A DNA stretch of 64,000 nucleotides, from positions 215,452,001-215,516,000 of the forward strand of contig NC_086097.1 of assembly GCF_963921235.1 (NCBI RefSeq). Direction: 5' to 3'. Made by a program: the position numbers and the translations under genes. Under the pieces are notes generated by a model. The model was not told the origin of the DNA. It saw only the letters and a list, made by a program, of their open reading frames with translations, and did not search any database. Below are positions 26,716-38,414 of this stretch, in pieces. This stretch comes from Mobula hypostoma. Lineage: Eukaryota. Numbering within the stretch: position 1 is the first letter of the stretch; each line of letters starts with the position of its first letter.

Positions 26716-28126
26716 CTGTACACCGGTAAATTTGCATTCATCACACATTCAGGCAATCCATTCCAGATGATAACTACATGCTGTGTGATTTCTTTTCTCT
26801 TTCAAACCGCTCTAGATTATTTGCTAATCGTTCTGAAATGCAAGTCTTCTTGCCCGTGATTTTGTACAGCTCTTCCAAATTTCCTCTTAATCTTCATTGT
26901 TCCAAGGAAAAGGAACTCCAAATTTTCTAAGCCATCTTCATAACTGAAATTCCTCATCCTGGAGCCTTTGTATACATTCTCCTAAAATTTGCTCTAATTA
27001 GACACTTCAGTTACAGCATAACCTGTGTTTTACAGTTCAGCATAATCTCCCTACTCTTGCACTCCATATTTCTATTTAAGGTGCCCAGAACCCAATGCGT
27101 GATATTAACTACTCTCTCAACCTGCCTTCACTTTTAAGATTTATGCACACACGTGCACAAGTTTCTGCATCCCTCTAAAACTGCAAATTTGGTTTATACT
27201 GTCACTACTCCTTCAACACTTATTGACTGTACCTTATGTCCTTAAGCTCAAAGAGGAATACAAAGATAAATTAATTTGTTAAGACTGCAAAAAAGAAAAT
27301 GGAAAAATGAAAGAGAGGGAGAAAAATATAATTGAAGAAGAATTGGAAAGAAATATGATATTTTAATAGGTAAGGTGACAAGGAATGTTGTTTAATTGGT
27401 TACCGTTTTATATCACCATGCCTTAACCTATGACTGCAGAACGTTTATAAAGTGGGAAACTATCTGCAAGCAATAAAAGCCATTTTTAAGACCTACATAA
27501 ATATTTCACGTTCATGAAAATATTTTGGTTATATTTTCATTGCTTGGTAGTGAAAGCCTTAAGTTCTTATTCTCTGTTTGTGGTTAGCATTCATTAACCA
27601 ATGCTTCTAAGTACCTTTCGTCCTTGAAATCAGCCAGTCCAAGGAACACCGCATCAGTGGTTGGCTTCACAGTTCACAAGTAGCTTTGTAAAGAAGTCAG
27701 GGGCTCAAAGAATATGTGATCTGCCCTCGTTGATGAAGTTGACTGAGAGATTAACTCATTCTTCACAGTTGATGCTAGTCTGGCTGTGGTTTGCTTGGTG
27801 CAGTAGAAACTGCTTTGGAAGCAAAAAGGTCCTGAAAGGAAGTCAGGAGAAAATTCCATGAGTTGATAATAGTGGAAAGGAAATGCAGACACAGAAATAA
27901 AAATACTGCCGGCTTTTAATATGGACCACAGTCACACATATTAACCAGATCACACTAAACATTCTAAGATACTGCATCAGAAAAAGTCATAAGACCATAA
28001 GACATAAGAGCAGAATTAGGCCACTCAGCCCATCAGTCAGTGTTTTGAGCAACGTAAACTATGTTTTGATCTTCCAATCCTTGCGGGAATAATTGATCTT
28101 CCGATCCTTGCTGGGACCTTTTCCAG

Positions 28127-28210
28127 TCTCGGCTCAAAACGTTGACTGTTCACTCTTTTTCATAGATGCTGACTGACCTGCTGAGTTCCTGCAGCATTTT
28201 GTGGGTGTTG
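28127..28210 (+). mobile_element. Penelope-like pLTR fragment (3' half of hammerhead region)
   Basis: GTCTCGGCTCAAAACGTTGACTGTT..CATAGATGCTGACTGACCTGCTGAGTTCCTGCAGCATTTTGTGGGTGTTG, homologous to the reverse complement of 11701-11800. Confidence 0.7.
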
Positions 28211-31200
28211 ATAAGAACATAAGAGATAGGAACAGAATGAGGCCATCGGTGGTGGGGAAACTGCTGGAGTCAGTTATCAAGGATGTGATAACAGCACATT
28301 TGGAAAGTGGTGAAATGATCGGACAAAGTCAGCATGGATTTGTGAAAGGAAAATTATGTCTGACGAATCTCATAGAATTTTTTGAGGATGTAACTAGTAG
28401 AGTGGATAGGGGAGAACCAGTGGATGTGGTATATTTGGATTTTCAAAAGGCTTTTGACAAGGTCCCACACAGGAGATTAGTGTGCAAACTTAAAGCACAT
28501 GGTATTGGGGGTAAGGTATTGGTGTGGGTGGAGAATTGGTTAGCAGACAGGAAGCAAAGAGTGGGAATAAATGGGACCTTTTCAGAATGGCAGGCAGTGA
28601 CTAGTGGGGTACCGCAAGGCTCAGTGCTGGGACCCCAGTTGTTTACAATATATATTAATGACTTGGATGAGGGAATTAAATGCAGCATCTCCAAGTTTGC
28701 GGATGACACGAAGCTGGGTGGCAGTGTTAGCAGTGAGGAGGATGCTAAGAGGATGCAGGGTGACTTGGATAGGTTGGGTGAGTGGGCAAATTCATGGCAG
28801 ATGCAATTTAATGTGGATAAATGTGAAGTTATCCACTTTGGTGGCAAAAATAGGAAAACAGATTATTATCTGAATGGTGGCCGATTAGGAAAAGGGGAGG
28901 TGCAACGAGACCTGGGTGTCATTATACACCAGTCATTGAAAGTGGGCATGCAGGTACAGCAGGCGGTGAAAAAGGCGAATGGTATGCTGGAATTTATAGC
29001 GAGAGGATTCGAGTACAGGAGCAGGGAGGTACTACTGCAGTTGTACAAGGCCTTGGTGAGACCACACCTGGAGTATTGTGTGCAGTTTTGGTCCCCTAAT
29101 CTGAGGAAAGACATCTTTGCCATAGAGGGAGTACAAAGAAGGTTCACCAGATTGATTCCTGGGATGGCAGGACTTTCATATGAAGAAAGACTGGATGAAC
29201 TGGGCTTGTACTCGTTGGAATTTAGAAGATTGAGGGGGGATCTGATTGAAACGTATAAGATCCTAAAGGGATTGGACAGGCTAGATGCAGGAAGATTGTT
29301 CCCGATGTTGGGGAAGTCCAGAACGAGGGGTCACAGTTTGAGGATAGAGGGGAAGCCTTTTAGGACCGAGATTAGGAAAAACTTCTTCACACAGAGAGTG
29401 GTGAATCTGTGGAATTCTCTGCCACAGGAAACTGTTGAGGCCAGTTCATTGGCTATGTTTAAGAGGGAGTTAGATATGGCCCTTGTGGCTACAGGGGTCA
29501 GGGGGTATGGAGGGAAGGCTGGGGCGGGGTTCTGAGTTGGATGATCAGCCATGATCATAATAAATGGCGTTGCAGGCTCGAAGGGCCGAATGGCCTACTC
29601 CTGCACCTATTTTCTATGTTTCTATGTTTCTATTTGGCTCATCGAGTCTGTTCCACCATTTCATCATGGCTGATTCATTTTTCCTCTCAGCCCCAAGCTC
29701 TGCCTTCCCTCCCATATCCCTTCATGCCCTGACCAATCAAGAATCTATAACCTCTGCCTTAAATATACATAAAGATTTGGCCTTCACAGCTGCCTGGGGC
29801 AATTAATTTCACAGGTTCACCATTCTCTGGCGAAAGAAATTCCTCCTCATCTCTGTTCTAAAAGGATACACCTCTGGTCTTAGACTCTGCCAAAATAGGA
29901 AACATCCTCTCCACATCCACTCTATCAAGGCCTTTCACCATTCGACTGGTTTCAATGAGGTCACCCCTCATTCTTCTGAATTCCAGTGAATACAGACCCA
30001 GAGCAATCACACACTCTTCATATGACAAGCCATTCAACCTGGAATCACTTGCGTGAACCTCCTTTGAACCCTCCCCAGTTTCAGCACACCTTTTCTAAGA
30101 TAAAGGCCCAAAACTGCTCTCAGTACTCCAAGTGAAGCTTTATGAGAAGCTTTATGAAGTTTCAACATTACATCCTTGCTTTTATACTCTAGTGCTCTCG
30201 AAATGAATCCTGACATTGCTTTTACCTTCCTCGCCTCACCACATATTCAACCTGTAAATTAACCTTTAGGGAATCCTGCACAAGGAATCTGGGTCATTAC
30301 ACAATACCCAATCAAGAAATGCCTTTCCCCTAGTGGGTTTAAACGCAAGCTGCTCTAAAAATCCATCTTTTAGGCATTCTACGAATTCCCCCTATTGGGA
30401 TCCAGACTAACCTGATTTTTCCAATCTACCTGCATATTGGAATTCCTCATGACTATCCCAGCATTACCCATTTTACATGCCTTTTCTCTCTCCTGTTGCA
30501 ATTTGTACCCCATTCCCTGGCTAATGTTCGGAGGCCTGTATATAACTCCCATCAGGGTCTTTTACCCTTGCAGTTTCTTAACTCTGCCCACAAGAATTCT
30601 CCATCTTTCTATTCTAATCCTATGTCATCTCTTTCTAAGCATTTGCTTTCATTTTTTACCAACAGAACCACCCCGTGACTCTGCCTACCTGCCTGTCCTT
30701 TTAATACAATATTTATCCTTGGATGTTAAGCTCCCAACCATGATCTTCTTTCAGCCACAACCTGTGACGCCCACAACTGCATACCTGCCAATCTCTAACT
30801 GTGCTACAAGACCCTTTTCTCTACACTGTGTACGTTCAAATATAGCACCTTCAGTCCTGTATTCATCATCCTTTTTGATTTTAGCCCATTATAATTTAAC
30901 TCATCCAACTGACTGCAATTTTGCCCTATCATCTGCCTGTCCTTCCTCACAGTCTTAACTATATACTGTATCTAAAGCCTGTTCCTCAGTCTTATCACTC
31001 TGGCTCCCAAATCAGCTTAAACCCACCCCGGAAGCTCTAGAAAACCTTCCTGCAAAGATATTGGTGCCCCTCAGATTCAGGTGTAAACCATCCTTTTCGA
31101 ACAGATCATACCTTCCCCAAAAGAGATACCAATAATCCAGAAATCTGAAACCCTTCCCTCTGCACCAATTCTTCAGCCACACATTCTCCTGCAAAATCAT

Positions 31201-31380
31201 CCTATTCTTACACTCATGGCACAGGCAGCAATCCAGAGATTACTACCCTGGAGGTCCTACTTTTCAGCATTTTACCTAACTCTCTTCAGGACCTCCTCCC
31301 TTTTCATACCTACAATATGCCATTGGTACCAATATATATCATGACTTCTGGCCGTTCACCCCCCCCCCTTTAGGATTCTG
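28211..31380 (-). mobile_element. Older CR1 LINE with a large internal deletion and ORF1 esterase remnant; its 3' tail is split by the young CR1
   Basis: Tail ATAAGAACATAAGA..AGGCCAT at 28211-28246 continues TTGGCTCATCGAGTCTG after 29633. RT C-terminus FISRALEYKSKDVMLKL; abrupt jump to the endonuclease region at ~30290; WLKNWCRGKGFRFLDYW..DGLHLNLRG at 31012-31200. Confidence 0.85.
28246..29633 (+). mobile_element. Young CR1 LINE, 5'-truncated, RT domain open to the natural stop
   Basis: Open frame to TGA at 29535, nearly identical protein to the other two copies. 3' UTR hairpin GGCCGAATGGCC and (TTTCTATG)n tail. Confidence 0.96.
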
Positions 31381-31864
31381 TGGTCACATGGCAGTAATTG
31401 GGTGGAGCAAGCTCATTGGGACAGAAGGACCTGTTACTGTGCCACATCTTTAAAAATATAAAAATTATCATTTCCAGAGTACCTACTGGGCTGATAACTC
31501 CTGGGAAAGACAGACAAAGTAGGTTAAGAAACAAACTAGGCCAAAAGTAAATTTAGAAAAACGTGCCAATCTTCCCAGAAGACGAGAAGGCAGGTGTTTG
31601 GGGTTGAGTGGGAATTCAGAATCAGCCATGATGGTTACAGCAGAGCAGACCCGATGGACTATATGGCCTAATTCTGCTCCTAGATCATGGAGATTACAGT
31701 GACTAAGAGGCAAGTTACCCTGCATCAGGTAAGAAGAGTCAGTTTCAGAGATTGCTAAACAGCTTGTGAAAGGTAAGTCCATTCACTGCTCATCCTGGTT
31801 TTACGCTACTAAGCACACACAGTGGTAACGGAAGCCACGCAGGCCATTGAATTTCATGGTAGCC

Positions 31865-32240
31865 TAGAGGGTGGCATGGTAGCCTAGGAGACACGACGGT
31901 AACCAAGGGGACAGCAGGGTACCATAGCAGTTAACATAGCTCTCTACAGTACCAGCTGTAAGATTGGGATTCAATTCCCACCAGTCTCTGTGAGCAGTTT
32001 GCATGCTCTCTCCATGCATGCATGAGTTTCCTCCGGGTGCTCTGGTTTCCACCCACATTCCAAAGATGTACTGTATGGGTTAGGGTTAGTAAATTGTGGG
32101 TGTGGCACCAGAAGCATGGCGACACTTGCGGGCTTCCCCTAGAACACATTTGGACTGTGGTGATTGTTAGCACAAACAATGCATTTCAATGCATGTTTCG
32201 ATATCTCAATTCACATGTGATAAATAAAGCTGATCTTTAA
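31865..32240 (+). mobile_element. tRNA-derived V-domain SINE (HE1-like)
   Basis: GGATTCAATTCCC B-box, GTTTCCTCCGGGTGCTCTGGTTTCCACCCACATTCCAAAGA V-domain, tail CACATGTGATAAATAAAGCTGATCTT. Confidence 0.8.
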
Positions 32241-32259
32241 ACCTTTTTTCATCAGAGTT

Positions 32260-32665
32260 TCTCCTCAGACCTTGGGTCACAGCATCTATTGCCAATCTCT
32301 AATATCCTAAGAGAAGGTGATACATGCTTACCTGACCTGCTGTAGTCATTATGGTGAAAGTACTCTCACAGTGATGTTGGATAAGGAATTCCGGGATTTT
32401 GAACTAACAATGATGGAAGAATAGTGATATTTTTATAATTCAGGATGGTGTGCAACTTGGACGGGAAGCTGTAGGTGTTAGTGTTTCTGGTGTGTCTGCT
32501 GCCCTTATTATTCCCCATGGTAGAGGTCACAGATTTAGATGATGCTGTTAGAACATCCTAGGCAAAAAAACTTCATTATATTTTATAGATGGGAGACACT
32601 GCAACCACTATGTGTTGGGGGTGCAGGGAATTAAGGTTTTGAGAGCCAATCAAGTGGGCTACTGG
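32260..32665 (-). mobile_element. Old LINE 3' fragment (L2/CR1-like)
   Basis: Reverse strand has TCCTGAA..TCAAAATCCCGGAATTCCTTATCCAACATCACTGTG (KSWNSLP-like C-terminus). Highly degenerate. Confidence 0.45.
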
Positions 32666-32689
32666 GCAGCATTCATGCTCCTCAGTAGG

Positions 32690-32841
32690 GCAAGAAGTGT
32701 TATCAGTGTTTGCTGAGCAGAGACATCTTGGGGTCCAAGTTCACAGCTCCTTGAAAGTGGCTACACAGGTCAGTAAGGTGGTTAAGAAGGCTGATGGAAT
32801 GATTACTTTTATTAGTCGAAGCACTGAGTTCAAAAGTCAAG
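32690..32841 (+). mobile_element. CR1 ORF2 fragment
   Basis: EQRHLGVQVHSSLKVATQVSKVVKKADGMITFISRSTEFKSQE. Confidence 0.85.
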
Positions 32842-33285
32842 AGACTCGTGTGGTGTCCCTCTCTTTCGAAGAATGTCGGTGGTATTGTAGAATGATATTG
32901 TGGTTCTGTGTTAATGGATTGGACTGTTGCGTTTTTGGATTGTGGACTTTTTCAGACTTGTGGTTTTTATATTCTGTGTTCTTTTATTGCCCGTTCTTTT
33001 TCCGTTTTGTTGTGTGAGTGGGGGGTGTTTGAGGGTTGATGTTTTGTTAGTTTTTTTGTGTGGGGGAGGGGATCTTGGGGGGTCAATGCTCCTGTTCCAT
33101 TTTGTGCAGGGGAGGGGTTTTTTGGTGGTTGATGATTGGAATACCATTCTTTTTTGTGGGGAGGGGTGACGTTTCTCTCTGAATGACTTCCTTGTTTTTT
33201 CTTTGTTTCGTGGCTACCTGGAGAAGACAAAATTCAAAGTTGTATATGGATACATGCTTTAATAATGAACCTTTGAAATTTTGAA
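32842..33285 (+). mobile_element. G/T-rich non-autonomous retroposon with LINE-like tail
   Basis: Strongly G/T-skewed body. 3' end homologous to the reverse complement of 23140-23240, ending AATAATGAACCTTTGAA. Confidence 0.55.
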
Positions 33286-34126
33286 TGCATTTGTTCTGGC
33301 CTTTGGTAACAGCGCATAACCTGGACGGCTTCCGGGTAAATGTCAGGATTTTACTGGAACACCCAGGCTAGAGGCATACTGGGGAAATGCCCTAATGCAA
33401 TGGTATTCTCTCCCTTTAAAAAGTGAGGTGATCTGGAGATGTGGAGAGACATCGGCTGGGTGCTGAATGGGTGGAATCTCAGCTTTATACCCATGTATCC
33501 ACCAGCATGGCACATGGGAAGCACAAAGTGCTTTGAGAAAAGGGACTTGACAACCTGCTGGTGTCAAACTATTGTAACATTGCAGGTGTGGAGGAAATCA
33601 CAAAGTTATAACACACTATACCTACTGGAAACGGGTACCAGCACCAGGTATGAAATCAGTGACCACTGATAATCTTCCCACTGTGCCAGATAATCCAGCT
33701 CATAGGATTTTCAGAATATTTCCTTACAAATAGAACAACAAATTTTACTTCCATGCTGACCAATAAAGTGCCTATTTACAGTCATCCAGTTATATTCTCC
33801 GCACATTGACATCATCTCAGATTCTATCAGGGGGAACTTGCAGTGGAAAGTTAAACTAGCAAGCTACTTGTCTTTCAAATGTAGGAGGAAATCTACACGA
33901 TCCATAGGAGAACATGTAAACTCCACACGGACAGACCAGGAGGTTAGGATTAGCATAGGTTGCCAGAGTTGTGAAATTCTGCCACAGTGCTGCCCGACAG
34001 TCTTGTCAGGAAAATCCTCTTAATTCATGGGTAACTTGCAGAAAGTGTGTTGAAAAAGAATTACATTGGTACATTTACACTTTACTTTCTTAGAAGGTTA
34101 AGGAGGTGTGGCTTCTTCACATACTC

Positions 34127-34645
34127 TTGGAGTACTGTGCTCAGTTCTGGTTGCCTCACTACAGGAAGGATGTGGAAGCCATAGAAAGGGTGCAGAGGAG
34201 ATTTACAAGGATGTTGCCTGGATTGGGGAGCATGCCTTATGAAAACAGGTTGAGTGAACTCAGCCTTTTCTCCTTGGTGCGACAGAGGATGAGAGGTGAC
34301 CTGATAGAGGTGTATAAGATGATGAGAGGCATTGATCGTGTGGATAGTCAGAGGCGTTTTCCCAGGGCTGAAATGGTTGCCACAAGAGGACACACGTTTA
34401 AGGTGCTGGGGAATAGGTACAGAGGAGATGTCGGGTAAGTTTTTTACTCAGAGAGTGGTAAGTGTGTGGAATGGGCTGCCGGCAACGATGGTGGAGGCGG
34501 ATATGATAGGGTCTTTTAAGAGACTTTTGAATAGATACATAGAGGGCTATGTGTAAGCCTAGTAACTTCTAAGGTAGGGACATGTTCGGCACAGCTTTGT
34601 GGGCTGAAGGGCCTGTATTGTGCTGTAGGTTTTCTATGTTTCTAT
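34127..34645 (+). mobile_element. CR1 3' end (5'-truncated)
   Basis: LEYCAQFWLPHYRKDVEAIERVQRRFTRMLPGL; (TTTCTATG)n tail; probable TSD ATACTC / ACACTC (34121-34126 / 34646-34651). Confidence 0.9.
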
Positions 34646-34768
34646 ACACTCAAACAAACATCTACAACTGAAAGTATCCTGAATGGTTGTATCATGGTCT
34701 GGTACGGCAATTCAATTGTGTAGGAACATAAGAAGCTTCAGAGTACAGCGAATTCAGCCTAATATATC

Positions 34769-35328
34769 TATAACCCTCAGGCTCGGCCAGCACGTGTTCG
34801 TCCAGGGGAAGACAACTTCTGGCTCCGCCAAACTGAGAAACCTCGTTCGTGTAGATGCTACGTGATGTGTTGCCTGGTTACAAATCTGCACCGCAAGATA
34901 TCAGACAGTGCACCATATGCAATTAACTGATTGAACTTTATAAATCTTAATCTGAATATAGAGTTAGTAAAGAAAATAAAAAGAAAAAGGGCCCATTTTA
35001 AGGGAGAAGTCACAAGTGCACGTTGGAGCTCACTGATACGGCTATGCATCAACCATCGACCTCGTCCGAGCGTCGCCGACCTTCGGACCCTCGCTCCCAG
35101 TCCACTCCGTCCGGTGGTCTACCAGCTCTCTCCATACGCGTCTTCCTTCTTCTCCTCTCGCCGACCAAAGACCGCAAAAATCTCTCTTCCAGACTCACAA
35201 GAAAGAACAACATTTCACTCATTGGATAGCCCCCACATTCCAAAACCCAGTTATCTCTAGTCATAACCCAAACATTGCTGCTACAGAGAAACTATTACAT
35301 TAGCAGTGAAACTTTACAGTGTGTTATA
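34769..35328. mobile_element. Probable solo LTR (560 bp)
   Basis: Clean interruption of the host LINE, inverted termini TATAAC...GTTATA, 4-bp TSD TATC (34765-34768 / 35329-35332), CpG-rich interior, no coding remnant. Confidence 0.7.
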
Positions 35329-35592
35329 TATCACTGGCGCACCCCTCCACACCATTGGTATTCTCAACATGAGGACTGCCTCAAGAAAGCAACATCTATC
35401 ACCAAAGATCCCCGCCATTCCAGCCATGAAATTTCTTGCAGCTACCATTGGGAAGAAGGTACAGAGGTCTGAAGTTCCACACCGCCAGGTTCAGAACAGC
35501 CACATCCTTCCAACATTGTTCTTGAACCAACCTACAAAACACCAATCACTAACTCAGTTTAGTAACACTGTGATCACTTTGACCACTTTAGG

Positions 35593-37215
35593 TTCAGATT
35601 CAGATTCAAAAAACTTTGTCATTCTAACCGTACATCAGCTCTGCAGGGCAGAATGAGACAGCATTTCTCAGGAGCAGTGCAATCATTACATAACAAACAC
35701 AACACTAAATAATAAACATAACAATAAATAGTAAAACACAACAGCCACATGTCAGTTAAAATCAAGTTATAAGTGTCCAGTGCAAGTTAAAGTGTCCAAA
35801 GCAGAGTCAGGTAGAGCAGCTATTTAGCAGTCTGACTGCCTGTGGGAAGAAGCTGTTCAGTAGCCTTGTGGTTTTAGTTTTGATGCTCCTGTAACATTTG
35901 CCTGATGGCAGAAGAACAAACAGTTCATGGAGAGGGTGTGAGGGGTCTTTGATGATGTACTGTGTCTTCTGGAGGCTTCGACTCTGAAAGAGGTCTTGGA
36001 CAGAAGGTAGGGAGACCCCAATAAACTTCTCTGCTCCCCTAACCACCCTCTGCAAGGCTTTTTTGTCGACAGCACTGCAGCTGGAGTACCAGGTTGTGAT
36101 GCAAAAGGTCAGTACACTCTCAACCACGCCTCTGTAGAATGTAGTTAAGATGTTAGTGGGGAGTGATCCTTGTTTAAGCTTCCTCAGAAAGTGCAATCCC
36201 TGCTGGGCCCGTTTCACAATCCCAGTGGTGTTCCTGGACCAGGTGAGATTGTCCGAGATCTGCACCCCAAGGATCTTGATGTTTTCCACTCTCTCCACTC
36301 TGGAGCCACTGATGCTGAGGGGTGTGTGCTCAGGCTGAGACCGTCTGAAATTGACATCATCTCCTTGGTTTTGGTGACATTAAGCATCAAGTTGTTATCC
36401 CTGCACCAGCTCTCTAGGTGTTTGACCTCCTCCCTGTACATAGTTTCATCATTTCTGCTGATGAGCCCCACCACTGTGGTATCATCAGCAAATTTAATGA
36501 TCAGATTCTCCTTGAATCTGGCTGCATAGTCATGTGTTAGCAGTGTAAACAGCAATGGGCTAAGCACACAGCCTTGTGGGGATCCAGTGCTCAGTGTGAT
36601 GGAGTCAGAGATGTTCCTGCCAACACAGACTGACTGTGGTCTCTCTGTCAAGAAATCCAGAATCCAGCGACACATGGCAGTATTAAGGCCAAGCAGCGAC
36701 AGTTTCTCCACTAGTCTCTGCAGGATGATGGTATTGAACGCTGAACTGAAATCAATGTACAGGATTCTGGCATAAGTGTCTTTGTTGTCCAAGTGAGAGA
36801 GAACTGTGTGCAGTGTGGTGGATATTGCATCCTCCGTAGAGAGATTTGGACGATAAGCAAACTGTAGAGGATCCAGTGATGAGGGGAGGCTGGCCGTGAT
36901 ATGAGGCTTGACAAGCCGTTCAAAACATTTCATCACTATGTGGATCAGGGCAACGAGACAGTAATCATTCAGACAGGCTACAACTGATTTCTTTGCTACA
37001 GGGATGATTGTGGAGGTTTTGAAGCATCTGGGGACAATAGCTTGACTAAGGGAGATGTTGAAAATGTCTGTCAGGACATCTGCTAATACATCAGCACATT
37101 CCTTGAGCACACGTCCAGGGATGTTGTCGGGACCTCCCGCTTTTCGTGGGATGAGCCTGGCAAGGGTCCTCCGTGTTTGCTCTGGATCAATGATTGGAGC
37201 CGGCTGGTCAGATGG
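35593..37215 (-). mobile_element. Relatively young Rex1/Babar-type LINE, 5'-truncated, RT domain with one frameshift
   Basis: ORFs 36214..37245 ([46 protein letters not shown]) and 35807..36298, joined by a ~1-bp deletion near 36357. (GAATCT)n tail. Confidence 0.93.
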
Positions 37216-38113
37216 TAACCATGACAATGGACTTTTTTGTCCCAATCATGTTCACTCCTGCATAACTTTGTGTAATTTAAGTTTTTCTCGTGACGTTTTG
37301 TATTTGACGCTGCGTGCCTGTGATGCTGTTGCAAGCAAGGTCTCTATTGCGCCCTTGTATACACGTACTTGGACATTTGAAAATAAATTCAATTTTGCCT
37401 TTGACTTTGATGGACTAATTTCGGTTTTGGATTCTGCCTGAAACAGTTTCACCCTGATGGGTTTCAGGTGTGGCGTGAGTACTGTATGTGCCTTACACTC
37501 AGCCTAGCCTCATGGCCCATTTAGTAGCCATTTTAAGCCTATAAAGCAAGTGCAGCACAGTTTACTTTCTCAGACTCATATAAATGCCGGTTTCTGTGAT
37601 AATTAGCAGAAGTGATTATGGTTAACAGGCTAGTAAACAATAAGCACAGCGTGGTCCTTGTAAGACCTGAACATCCGGCCCAGTCACCAAGTGATGGCAA
37701 AATTGCTAAACGACTCTTCTTCCCTTCAGAAGTAAAAAGAGACATTAAACCAGCCAACTGCTTAGGTTAGTATACCTGAGAATGAAGAAAACCAAGTGAG
37801 TGAAGTTGTATAATGACTGATGCTGGTTATTTTTACTTCTCTAAGAAAAACAGTGCTTTCAATGAGACAATCACAAAATGCTTTCATTACCATTCGCAGA
37901 TACTGTGATGTGTTTCAAAGCTTCCTCCCTTCCCTTATTTAGAACTGCCCGGCTTGCACTGAACCATCTCTTGTGATGACAAATTCAGGGAATTCACTGA
38001 GACGAATATTTCAACCTGCCGCCGCACTCTACAATGCTACCAAACTGCCGATCCTCATACAGCAAGATCACCAGCTCTTGGCCGGTTACACCCAGGACCA
38101 GGCCTCTCCGACA

Positions 38114-38126
38114 TGACCTTTGAACT
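38114..38126 (-). promoter_or_regulatory. DR1-type nuclear receptor element AGTTCA-A-AGGTCA
   Basis: Exact consensus match within a locally CpG-retaining non-repeat segment. Function not shown. Confidence 0.3.
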
Positions 38127-38414
38127 ATAGTGGACGATCCCACAGACTCCATTTAACATGTCCATGAGTATTTTCCCCATCTCTTACTCAGGTTATGGCA
38201 GCTAACTGGGGGAATTTCCAAGTTAATATAAAACAGTGTGTCTAAATCTGTTAAGTCTTCTATAATAACCCATCTAAAAACAAAAAGAAATTGTGCTCTC
38301 AGTGAAGAGCCCAGATAACCACATGATAAAGACAAGGTCAGATTTAAGATGTTTTACTGTTAAAGCTCAAGCTGCTGCTGGTTTTTGGGCAAAACATCAT
38401 ATCATTTCTTCACA

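Larger units (their letters stand above)
34075..37410 (+). mobile_element. Old Rex1/Babar-type LINE 3' region split into four pieces by three later insertions
   Basis: Pieces are collinear: LYFLRRLRR (34080-34126); ESILNGCIMVWYGN (34646-34768); CLKKATSITKDP..RRYRGLKFHTARFRT (35329-35590); 3' UTR with AATAAA and CTTTGA repeats (~37216-37410). Confidence 0.8.

Noticed and set aside
28066..28112. Short tandem duplication TTGATCTTCCRATCCTTGC
   Set aside because: Two-copy local duplication at a repeat junction with no further structure.
28201..29535. Domesticated reverse transcriptase gene
   Set aside because: Nearly identical to other CR1 copies, 5'-truncated with the tail intact, and the start codon is a fortuitous GTG in unrelated repeat sequence.
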